Shown here: positions 13,162 through 24,800 of the stretch, in pieces
How positions within the stretch are numbered: position 1 is the stretch's first letter
Layout of the letters: every line of letters starts with the position of its first letter
Origin: Podarcis tiliguerta
Lineage: Eukaryota
Strand: one strand, 5' to 3'
Length of the DNA stretch: 64,000 bases
NCBI GenBank assembly: GCA_965153285.1
Contig: OZ229111.1
Made by a program: the position numbers and the translations under genes
The notes under the pieces: model-generated
Database searches by the model: none
The model's input: only the letters and a program-made list of their open reading frames with translations
What the model was told of the DNA's origin: nothing

Positions 13162-14666
13162 TATTAGTACATGTTGTAGCTGCAATCATAATATGCTCTG
13201 GCATGATGAATGAATCCACACTTCTTAACAAAGCTTCTTTCTGTTGCATTTAGCAGTCTATGTTCCTTTTAGTGCCTGGAGTAATATCCGCAATGTGTAC
13301 CATTTACAAAATAGACCCATCTGTATCTGACAGTTCCTATGTATTTGGATGCTCTGACAGTGTGGATAATCAGGCTCCTGTGAGCATCCCAACCTATGGC
13401 TGCAGGGCACTAACGTTCAGTGTTGCACAGTGTTCTGAATAGGGCTGCAGTTACCCAGCTTTGAAAGTTTCAGTAGCAAGAGTTATAAATCCTGCAAAGG
13501 AGAGAACCTCTTATAGTTGTACTGAATAAAATCAAGATGTTTATCTTCTACAATGGGAGAATGTAGAAGGATGGGTAGCAAATGGGAGTTAGAGCTTCAA
13601 AATACCAACAGTAAGTAAAATGTATTCTAATAGGAGTCTACACTGGAAGAGAGAGATAACATTGAATGCTGAAACCTTTTGTTATAAGATTTGAGATAAA
13701 GCCATCCTTGTGTGTGGTGTTGACTCTGGAGATGAATATATTTACACCCAGGACACCTTGAGCCTGGAAGCCACTGGCATGCTGATGCATTCAACTTTAT
13801 TTTAAATTGTTATTGCCATGCTGGGATATAAGCAGCATGAAAGAGCTGTCGGTGTCTGAGCCAGGTATAGCCTGGAAGCCTAAGAAAGAGAGTGCTGGAA
13901 TGGTCTGTGGGGCAAACCACAACAAACCAGAAGCCAAGGCTTAGCACAGATCCGTAACATAATTATTCGCACACTCAAAGAATCCTGGAACTTAGTTTGC
14001 TAAGAGTGCTGGGTATTATAGCTCTGTTATGAGGAAACTACAGCTGCCATGATTCTTTGGGAGAAGTCATGTAACTTGAAATGTGTGCTGTGGATCTTCC
14101 CTTGGTAGATTTAGCAAGCAGTAGTGCAGGTATGAGCTGAACTTAAGAGTCAAGTCAGTATCAGAGACTGTGAACCAATCTGCATTTTAGGAACTGCCTT
14201 TGGCATGACAATTTCTCCCAGGTGTATTGTGGGCTCTTTTATATAGAGCTGACCAAACTGGAGGCGGAGTTTGCTTGGAAACAGAAAAGATACATATCTT
14301 TAGAGTAAGGCTGTTCTTGTGGTTCTCCAGCTGGAGGCTGAAGTGCTGAAATTCAGATGCCAACAATTCAAGACCCTCACCCCACCATAGCTTGACAATT
14401 TAATGTTTGGTGCTTAATATTTTGTTTTCATATTTGTCATGGGTCGCTTATTAGTAATATATTGTTTTTAAAAACTGAGAGAAGAAAAAAAGTGTGCAAC
14501 TCAATTAATAACCTGCCTCTACAATTTTGACAGATGCCACTGTTGTTTTAGTTGGGAAAATAGCATGTATAAATTGGATTGCCAAGGCACAGCTGCAAGC
14601 TCTGCCCTGTACCTTTGAAATCCACTACCACCATCCTGGTCATATTTCCCCTGTGCCACCCTACCT

Positions 14667-14956
14667 TCTTCTTCTTTGGCGATCACTCGTAGCCGAGTAA
14701 GATTGTCTTCCATAGACACGGTTTTAATAATGAGTCCATAAGTGACTGTGGAGGCCAATTCTGGACCCACACGTCCTTCCACAGTGGGGACATTGGTTTC
14801 CGGGTGGGAGTTGATCATGGTGTGGATTTGCCAAGCGTGCCTTCCTCTTAGCACATTTCCCCCTTGCGTCCTGAGTTTGAGTGTCTTCAAAGCCCATGAC
14901 ACCTTTGGTAAAGGCTATTCTCCAACTGGAGCACTTGCAGGCCACTGTTTCCCAGT
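14667..14956 (-). mobile_element. 5'-truncated RTE-clade LINE (3' end of ORF plus 3' UTR)
   Basis: Minus-strand peptide ends with a C2H2-like motif CPHCGRTCGSRIGLHSHLWTH typical of RTE ORF C-termini; (GAA)n tail; 13-bp TSD TGCCACCCTACCT at 14654-14666 and 14957-14969. Confidence 0.85.
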
Positions 14957-17264
14957 TGCCACCCTACCTACAGTAACAGGACTCTGGGTATGCCACACCA
15001 AGGGCCAGTGTGAGGAGTAAAGGTGGATCTATGTCTTCCTTCTCTCGCAATGTATCACAGCCATAGCATATCTCTTTAGGTCTTCCAAAACAGAGTCATT
15101 GTTTTGAAGGATAATGAAAAACAATGACCTTGCTGCTTAAGGTTGCACCGGATGTCCACAATTTGGTTTCAGTGTAATTGTCAGTCCTATGACATTGTAT
15201 TTCTGACTTGAGTATGCATGCTAAGTAACTTAAATTAAATATTGTTTCAGCAAATTAAATATCTGTGCTGTTTCATATGCATGACTGTTTCCTATTTCAA
15301 TATGCTTTGCCCAACCAGCTTGCATAATGAATTAATTTTTGCATTGTGCAGTTTGGGAGCATTGGCATATAATAGGAATATAATGTCCTTATGGGTCACT
15401 GAAGCCCATTGGCAACAATTTCCCAGGTGTTCCATTAATGCTTCTCTCACAGATGAGATGCAGGCAGCTATGCTTGCTCCCAGTGGCTTGCCTGCATCCA
15501 TATTTGACAGTTACTAGTCATCTCTATTTTGCTTTCCCAGTTCACAAAATCCTTCAGGGTGGGTTGTGATTCTTCTGTCATTTTCTTTTCCCTTTCCTAA
15601 GGAAGCCCTGCTGCCTCAGGCCAAAGGCCTATCTAGTCCATCATCATCTCACTGTGGCCAACTGGATAACTCTGGAAATCCCACAAGCAGGTTATAGGAG
15701 CAAAAGCCCTCTCTCACTGGTGTACCTGGCTCTGATTCTGGATGTATTATGTAGCTATCATGACTAATAGCTTTTTATAGTCTTGGTGTTCATGAATTTT
15801 CTTTAAGAGCGTAACAGAATGTTCTTCCAATCACTGAAGTGTAAGAATAGCTATGATGGTATGAGATGAAGCATGAAGCACTTCTGTCAGCAGAAACATT
15901 GCCTCCTTATCAGGTATCACATTTGCATTCTCCTGGACTGGCAATAATGGTAATAACCCTTATTCAATGTCTGCTACCTTGAATCGAATTTTTTAATTAG
16001 CAAGAAGTCTTTGCTGATAAATTAAAACTTTATCTGTGTTTTCAGGATTTCTAATCTGATTGCATCTGAATGCTTTTTAGCCACCAGCATAGCCACTGCT
16101 TGGTATAAAATCCATCCTTGCTTTTCCCCACATGGCCTTTCATTTGAGTAACAGTTATATTTGTTTTCCATTATTCATGGCATTCACGTCTTCGTATCTC
16201 AGAGGTCTTAGCACAAAATTTGTACAATGTTAGTTTAGTACCATGAGAATCTGGAGAACGAGAATGAAAGACAGATTGATCACTGTTAGGTGAAGAGCTT
16301 CATACAGTGTTTCAGACAAAGTGGGGACCTTGCTCTTAGGTGCTCAGAGCTTCTTTCTACTGCTTGTCCAATTTGGTTGGCTTCGGACATCAAAGGGATA
16401 ACCTTTCTGTCTAACATGCAAGATCAATATTTGTTCATGTTGAATGTTAGAAACCTGTTCAGACTTTCCCTCTGTTCCTACTGTTCTCCTGTGTAATGAA
16501 GAGATGCACCAACCAACCTCACCTTATGTTCAAGCCGCTTAATTAGATAAAGGAAAGTATTATTTGTGTAGTAGTTACATCAGATGTCATGCCACCTGGA
16601 AAATCCGTTGGGGTTGCAAATATTGAACCATTATCATAGCATGATAGGTAATGTTTGACTTTTCAAATACCCTTGGATTTTCCATGGCAGTCGCTCTTGA
16701 CTGAGGAAGGCAGGTCAAGCGTATAATAGCTGCTCTTCCCAGCATTATCAGGTGCCACCATGATTAAATTTGAGAACCTTGTGAGTTGGACTGGAGTTCT
16801 GGGCGCAACCCAGGGCCTGATAGTCAGAGGAGGAACTAAAGGTAATTCCAACTGAGATATGCATGCCACAGCCCTTAATACTCCTGGTCTAGGAAGTCAT
16901 ACAACAGTAGAGGGCCAACCCAGGGTCGCTGACTGATTCACAGCTCCCAAATCTGCTGCCTTTCTTAAATCTGGCCATTCTGTCACAAATGGAGGCCACC
17001 AAGTTTCCTCTGCACCAGCAGCCTGTCTGATTTCTACCTGTCAGCTGATCAAGAAACTGTCTCCTCTCTGGCCTGAACCCCCCTGATAAGACCCTCCTCC
17101 CCACAAAAAGTGATAGCCAAAAGGCCATGGAATAATGGCGTGGATTTCTATGCAGAGGAAGATTTGCATAGTACTAACCTGGCCATTTCATAGTAGCAGT
17201 CACTGGTGATGCTATTTTTTAAAATGTCATCATTCAATTGAATGAGTATCTCAGCTTGTAGTAG

Positions 17265-17652
17265 ATGGTTAAGGCATAAACCCTACACAAATCCAGAGTG
17301 GAGTCAAGAAGACGGTTGGACTGCATCTTGTGCTGCATCTTCCAGCAAGTCCTGCAGCTAAGCTGGTGCCAAATGTCATTTGCTCCTGAAACTGATTCTC
17401 TGTGTCTGCTTTCCCTTGGACCACAGTAGCAAGCGAGGCCGAGACGGCGGGGGACAGGTCTTGTTATCTAGGCAGCCAAGGGCCGTCATATGCACTGCCC
17501 AGGTGTGAGCCCCAGGGAGGTCACTTTGGTGGGAGGCATCAGTTATGAGTTTCCGGTCTCCACAGCCACAGCAAGCACTGTGATTCTCCAGCAGCTTGAC
17601 TTCAGCCCTGGAGGTGCACACCATTGTCTCTCGAGACAGGTGACAACAACAA
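17265..17652 (+). mobile_element. Non-autonomous retroelement fragment (RTE/Vingi-like), homologous to 700-1080
   Basis: Ends CCATTGTCTCTCGAGACAGGTGA(CAA)n; shares several blocks with 720-1080 in the opposite orientation. Confidence 0.55.
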
Positions 17653-19129
17653 AAAATAGATGGCAGCAGAAGACAAAAGAGGCATACAGTTTTTATTAGT
17701 CCTAGTGCCACAGGCAACCAGCTATATTGTGAATGTAGTTTAGTTATTTATTGAGGAACACACAATAGAAATCTGTATCCAGCAACCTCAGGATAAATCC
17801 AAGCTTGGGCAATGGGAAGCAATTACTCAATCCAGAACGGGAAGGTATATTCTCCAGCCTAGATTCTTTCAGGTCAGCAGTTTACCTTGAGAAGTGCAGC
17901 AAGCCAAAGGTTGATCAAGTGAAGAGTTTCCTTATTTGCTATTTATATCGAGTCTGATTAGTACAGTGTATTCATTTTGCCTACCAATCCCTGACAGGAG
18001 CAGTCCATGGTAGCTCTTGACATTCTTGGTGCAAGCCTCTAAGTCTCCATCACAGAATAGAAACCGTGGGCAGGGAGGGAGGGAGAAAGACTAGAATGAG
18101 AGAGATAGTTTTAGTGTTGCTGTATGATTTAGTGCAGGCGGGGTGTCAGAGAGAACAACACTTTGAGAACTTTTGTTTTCTCGCTGGGATTGTTAACATC
18201 AATAAGGAACAGTAATCAGAAAGCAACAAAGACTCTGTGTTCAGTAAGGCTTTGCTACAAGATAATTTTCTGATGAGGGAACACAAAATGACTCATTAGT
18301 TATTCCACAGCTGCAGAAAAAATTGGAGCGAAGTGGTGTTAAATGTTTCCTTTTCAGGATCCCAAAGGTCAGAAATGGCATCCTAGTTGCAAAGCTGTGG
18401 CTGGCCTGTAGAACAAATTCTGTCACTGCCCAGTGCATGTTGTTGGGGGAGCATCTTGGTGGTTCGTCTTCCTGATTTAATGTGGTAGTTCATCCTGTTA
18501 AACAAATTGGGAGCTGAAGGGATTGGTGATGTCTGGAAAGTCAGTTCAAGAAGATTCACACTGATTCTCTGTTTTCTTCCTTAATGACCTTTGTCTCTCT
18601 GAATATTTAAAGGTCCCCCCCCCCCCGAAAGAAACTTACTATTCAATACTATGGAGCACTATCACAATGCAGCATCTCATAGGACTAGGTTACCTGAAGA
18701 AACTATTTTCAGGAACTTGCTTTTCCCGTCCTACAGAACACAAACTGTTTTGCTTCATTCAAAGTCTATTTTTAAATATCTGGTGGACTATGCCTGTATT
18801 CAGTCTACGACCTTTTCTACTTCTGAGCCTTTTCTGACATAGCAGAGCTCTTGACAATGTACATATCCCCCCCCCCCAATCAAAAAGCTGGCAAATGCTT
18901 TCAGCAATTGCTTTCAGCAGCTGCTTTTACAATGAGATGGTTGCGTAATTTCACATAAAGGGCTCATCCATTTTCATTCTCATCTCTCAAGCTGTTACGA
19001 AAGCTGCTTACAAACACAGTGTTACCAAGTGTCTTTTGGTTCCTTCCCCAGAGTTTTCTGAAAAGAAATTTGGGCAGATTCTTGATGAAGTGCTATTTTT
19101 AATATATGTATTTGTGGTCTGTTTTTAAA

Positions 19130-19600
19130 TAAATATAACAGCAATATAAAATAACAACAAGAAAAAATACCAACCCACTCCCAAATAGCAACCCCCACTA
19201 ATACTAGTTACTTCATTAAATTATGAACATTGATTTTATAAATTTCCCAATCTATGGGGTTTGCCTTGCACTTTATTGCACCACTATGTGATGAAAAGGC
19301 TCAATTTTCCAGCAAAGTGATTGTAAAACTTTCTACCCTCTTTTGCTAATATCATTTTTAAATGACCATCTTCCCCAACCACGATATATTTACTTGTGCC
19401 CAATGATTTAAGTTCATTTCTAACTTTATGTAATCATTTCCTGTGATTATATTTTGATAAGTTACTCAGATTTTGCATTATCCATATGCCCAGATATTTG
19501 ACTGCAGAACATTTCTGGGGGGAATTATATTTCTTTCTTCTTCTATTTATGTCTCTTGGGTGAAACAGGCAACTTATTGAATTGCATACCTCTGTTGATA
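19130..19600 (-). mobile_element. Degraded L1/Tx1-like LINE reverse transcriptase fragment
   Basis: Minus strand at about 19482-19503 reads VKYLGIW, the YLG motif of non-LTR RTs; AT-rich disrupted flanks; boundaries approximate. Confidence 0.4.
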
Positions 19601-20962
19601 ATTTTAGGAAGCTTCATAGTCTTGGGTTGGCATAGTTAAAGCAGTTAGTTTCTGTAGAGTGAACCATGCAGGTGTAAAATCTGTCCATCTTTATTCCAAT
19701 AGGTCAGTTTGGATCTGCCATTAGACAAAATGTGAGTTGCCTTAAACACTCCTCCAAGTACATGAAAACAGAGGTGCATTTTTTCCAGTGTTGTGAAACC
19801 GCTGTCCTATGCAACACTTTATTACAACTAAATACCACTACATTTAAGTGACTTCTTATATAGGGGAGTGTCACCCAGAGAAGGAATTAAGAGAGAAAAC
19901 AGAAGTGAAAAGGGGACATCCTGGTAGTTCTTGCTACATCTTTCCCTCATTTAAAAGGCTCAACTTCTACAGAAGCAATTATGGGATTTATCTTGTATTT
20001 TTTAAACAAGAAAGCAGCCCACACATTGTGTGAGCAATATACCCATATCTGCTTTGTAGCTCCTCACATATCTCCCTTGCCTGAAATATCTTTTATGGTC
20101 TTCTGTTGCAGACAGGACTCTGTACAAGATGAGTAAGTTTCTGACCTCATCCTCTGTTTCTCTTTTATCCTCCTACATTAGTACAGTTGCCTCTAACTTC
20201 AAATGAGGGACGGAGTCTAATCTCTATGCCATCAGACTCCATAATTGTGGGAGATAGAATGCCATTTATGGGGGAATTTCTCTTCTCTGTGCTGCATATT
20301 AGGCAGTTTATTGTAACTTGCCATCATGTGGTGTCTGCTGTCAAAATGAGTTCAAGGCTTTTCTTGTCTGCTGCAGTTTGCACACCACAGAATAATGTGT
20401 ATCTCTGCTCTGTTGCTTCAGAAATCACCCGCTGGCTTTCCTTAATCTGAAAACATTATCAAAAATATCACAGATTAGTATTTATATTTAGAGCTTATTT
20501 GTTTGACACTGGGGTTTGCTGAAGCAGCTCAGTCGGTCAGTTTTCCTCACCTCCGCATGCTGACCTCATAAAATTTAAAACCAAAAATAATATTAAAACA
20601 GCTTAAAAAATGAAACACCATTAACAGCAGAAATGCCAGACATGATGAGAATTCAAAAGAATTTCCTTTTGGCTTTACCAGTGTATTTTTGACTGAGTCC
20701 TTATCATGTCTTAAATTGGAAGTGATTTTTGATTTCGTATTTATTTACTTAGAGCTAGCGTAACTTGATCAAGTGAAAGGAAAGGACTGGGTGGGGATAT
20801 GAAGGGCACACACCGTGTCCCTCTCCTATTCTTTGTAATGAGCTAGCATGGAATGCATGTGCAATCACTAAAATAAGGAGGGGGGGAGGAAGCAAACAGT
20901 TTTGGTTCACCCCCATGAAAGTCTCTGTACATGTGAACACTTTCCCTGTACGCAAAAGAATT

Positions 20963-21245
20963 GAGGCTGTAGCTCAGTGGTGGAGCACATGTTTGTATGC
21001 AAAAGGTCCCAGGTTCAATTGCTGGAATTTCGAAGTAAGGATGGAAAAGTCTTTCTTCTGAAACCCTGAAGGGGGTACGGCAATTTGTATAGATTTTGGG
21101 GGATGAATGTGTGGCCTTCAAAATCTTCTTGGATTCCAGTTTCCATCAGCCCCAGGCAGCACAGTCAGGGATGCAGGCAGTTAGAGGCCAGCATCTGGAG
21201 AACTACACTACTGGTGTAGACCATACTGAGCTAGATCGACTAAAC
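20963..21245 (+). mobile_element. tRNA-derived SINE (Squam3-like) interrupted by a degraded hAT MITE (about 21096-21213)
   Basis: GGCTGTAGCTCAGTGG A box, GGTTCAATT B box, CTGAAACCCTG body; SINE resumes at GTGTAGACCATACTGAGCTAGAT; the insert is flanked by GTATAGAT/GTGTAGAC, a degenerate 8-bp TSD. Confidence 0.7.
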
Positions 21246-21745
21246 ACCATGAATCCTATTTGAAAAATATCCATCAATTATCTTAAAGGTGGGTTCCAGG
21301 TATCCAGAAGCAACTGCGTGGTGTGGATTTCATTCATTGTTGTACTTAGGTAATGTGAACAATTACACTGGAGCATTCTTATATCTCTTAAATGACCTTA
21401 CCATATCACCCAAAAGCAAATCCAAATTAGGGATCAGATATGGAGTTTGGTGATGATAGTCAGACATGAGCTCCTACAGAAGACAAAATACACAAGCATT
21501 ATTTGAATGACGTAAGGTGTTAACAGTAATGAACCAGATGGCACATTGTATTAAATAACATTATTAATGTTTCTGTTCTAAGGTAGATGCATTGGCATAG
21601 TGCTGGCAGTACTTACATCTTTCACATTGCTTAGGCATGTTTAATTAGGAATTTAATTGATGGGTAACGGTGATAATTTGTGTTTTTCTTCCCTTTCTTC
21701 CCTTGTCCCACTGTGTCTGTCCTTCCCTCCCTCCTGCACTAAAAG

Positions 21746-21806
21746 TGGCTGTTCCACTATCTCCAAGTTCCTCCTGCTGTTCTGCAATAGACCAGTTCCT
21801 GTCTAA
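21746..21806 (+). CDS. HTR4: HTR4 alternative C-terminal cassette exon, g type; f type from the internal acceptor at 21791
   Basis: Long pyrimidine tract and AAAG acceptor. Phase-2 translation (S)GCSTISKFLLLFCNRPVPV* matches the remembered human 5-HT4(g) tail SGCSPVSSFLLLFCNRPVPV; TAG|ACCAGTTCCTGTCTAA gives the f tail RPVPV*. Donor CT|GTAAGT at 21821/21822. Confidence 0.9.
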
Positions 21807-24800
21807 CCCTGAACATATTCTGTAAGTCTTTTATTTTATTACATGTTTCTGTGTTCATGTGTGTCCGTGTGTGTATGTGTGTATTCATTCATTTTAATGG
21901 ACGTCCTAGAACTTCCCCTTGTTCAACGGCTTGTTCAGTAGTTACAGGACTGAGAAGCCCTAAACAAGGGGCACTACAGTGACCACTCCAAGCCCCCCGG
22001 TTGGTCCCCAGCAATTTTATTAGGGGGGCAAGGGATTGGGAGATGGGGCTTCAGTGGCAGGCATGGGCCTGGGTCCTGAGGCATTCTGGAGAAATGCTAG
22101 AATGGGTAAATAAAGGTGGTGGTGGCTGCCTCACCTGGCACTTTTCTTAAGAATGCTGGTCCCTAAACAGTGGGGGTGTTAAGAAAGTTAATAGAAAGGG
22201 AGGCTCAGTGCAAGGAATTTGCAGTTGATTATGAAGTGTGCCATTTTCTTGTAGCCCAAAGGACAGGTGGCACATTTTATACTGAGTGTTCTGAGCTGGC
22301 TATTATTGTTGCCAAGTACAGTGATAGGGATCAAATATTATTGTGCATGGTGGTCTATAGATGTGCAAAAGAAGATTTTAAAAGAATTTTATCACAAAGC
22401 AGAACAAATGGTTAGGACACCACAGAATGTCATCCTTCTCTTAATATCTTGCTTGTCAACCCATGTCTTAGGGAATGGATCTGGTAGTTAAGACTCACAA
22501 AATATTATTTAAATGTTGCTGCCAGAAGTAGTACCTGCCTTATATTTAGAAAAAAATACAGTACTGTAGTCTTCATTCTGAAATCTAAAATGCAGAGTAT
22601 GGAATACATGCCCCCCCCCCAAATGCTTGCCTGCTTATATTATGAACACCCCCTTTTTTGTTAAGAATCCTAAAACTCAGTATTTCAAGAAGGGTACTGA
22701 AAAAAATATTTTGGAAGGAATTAAATCATGGGACCACTCTGATATTGTCCTCAGTTTTGCATATTCCTCCTAGACAAGGCTTCAAGGAGTTCCCTGAACC
22801 CATTTGCACTTACCTCCTGATGAGTTCCCACCCACTTTCTTAGTCTTGACTTTACAAACAAGGACTGAAGCATAACAAAAGGCTACAAGAAGGTCCAGGA
22901 ATTCTGAGCTCAAGATAATGCAAGTGAGCACAGAATCTAAGTCTGGTAAAATGACTAAGGGTCATGTACATGGGTAAAAATGTTCATTGGCAAACATCAA
23001 CCCAGCTCCTTGTAGAAGAAAGCTATTTTTATTTGATCCTGATGTTTAAGAAAATCTTAACAGCCCATGCTGTGTGACAAAGAGCACTTAAATAAAAAGT
23101 TTACTGGAAAAAGACAAACTCATTAAGGAGGAAGATGGAAAGCACTTAACAGACATTCTCAATACAAGATTTCCTATTATGGGGTCAGCTTTGTCCACAT
23201 AATACCTTGGGTGTTTTTAAAGCAACATTTTCTCAGGCTGGAGTAAACTGTCCAAAATGACTCAAGAGGGAAAGATATCTCTAAGCAAGCAGGGAAATGC
23301 ACTATTGTTTCTTTTCATCCCAAGCTGCCACTATACTGTATCTGCATGTCTCATTTTGTAGTTTAAATGTTACTGTTTTCAGAGGCTTTAAAGATAAGCT
23401 ACAAAAATTTATGCTACCTGACACCCATTGAGCAGTGCATGTTAAAATAAATTACGGAAAAATGCAAAATTCATGCATTTTTTGTGTGAAAGATCCATGC
23501 AGAGCTAAGTGGGCAGTGAGCAAGTGTCTTCTTTATGGTTTCTTCCTGAAACCAAAAACAATAGTTTTTGAAGCTATCTGATGATGGTTTGAACTCATGA
23601 TTTGAACGCCAGTTAAAAGCAGCAAAATCCCAGAGGTACCCAACGTGATCTTTGACCACTGGCCATCCTGGCTAGGGCTGTTGGGGAGAAGGGCATGGCA
23701 TTGGCTGCCTATGATATGAGTGAATATTTCTTTAGCAGGTAGCCACCAATGAGTTATTATGCTACAAAGCTGTAAGATAAGGTGTGTGAAATTCCATTTT
23801 AGGTATGCCAACAACAAGGAATTTAAGCCCAGGGCTTTGCATTGACATAGCATTAACAGATGGTGAACAGCAGTCAAAAGATGTTCCGTTTATAACAACT
23901 AAAACTATCTCCAATTTCAGAAGGCATTTCTTTCTTTCACTTGAAACTCTGTGACCTTGTAGCTGCCATAACCCTGCCAGACGTGTTGTGCTCATCTACT
24001 TGTTATTTTCCTGTTGAAACATCTTAGTGGGAAGCTAAGAGTTCAACCAAGAACATAGTCTGCAATTTGCCAATGACAAGGACAGACCATATTTGTCAAG
24101 TCTTCAGTCGCAGCTTTGATTAGACTCCAACGTAAAAATACGTTCATGTTGCTAAGGCAATATTAGAAATGAGTGATTCATCTTAGAAGGGAATTAACTG
24201 TACTGAGGTACCAATTGTGATGAAATGATTAACTCTGACAGGCTGGAAAGCGGGAAGTTGTGGTCTGCAAAATGTTAGGTTATTTTGCAGGTACAGGTTG
24301 CAAAAATGACTATGAGGACTAGCTTGACTATGATTCTGCTGAGCAATTCATTAAAGTTCATCAAGCCCACTCACTGCAGATAAGATAAATCAAAGTCTGC
24401 AAGGAACTAATGTTATTTATTTATAAACAAAACACATCATTTAGTTTGATCTTCTTGGATATTTATTATTATTATTTTGCGTATGTTCAAAATCTCCATC
24501 AAACTGGTCTGAAGGGAAAATAAAATATGAGGGGACTTGAGGTTCATTTTATAAGGCCATATGAAAATAATATTGCAGCATGTACTTTAGTGCAAACAGG
24601 TGGCAGGGGGTGCACAGGAAACAATTTTTAATGTTATCTCAGTAACTTTCCTAGGTTATTGGGAGGGCTTCCAAGATGAGGATCATGTGGCTCTACCCCA
24701 GAATTTCCTGTAGCAAATGAATTGACTATTCCGCTATTTACAGAGCAATCCAAGATCCCCTTATGCCACACTTTGGGTGGTGGAGGGGTCAAGGTGCTGG

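Noticed and set aside
14724-14945. Apparent C2H2 zinc-finger mini-gene
   Set aside because: C-terminus of a truncated RTE LINE bounded by a TSD.
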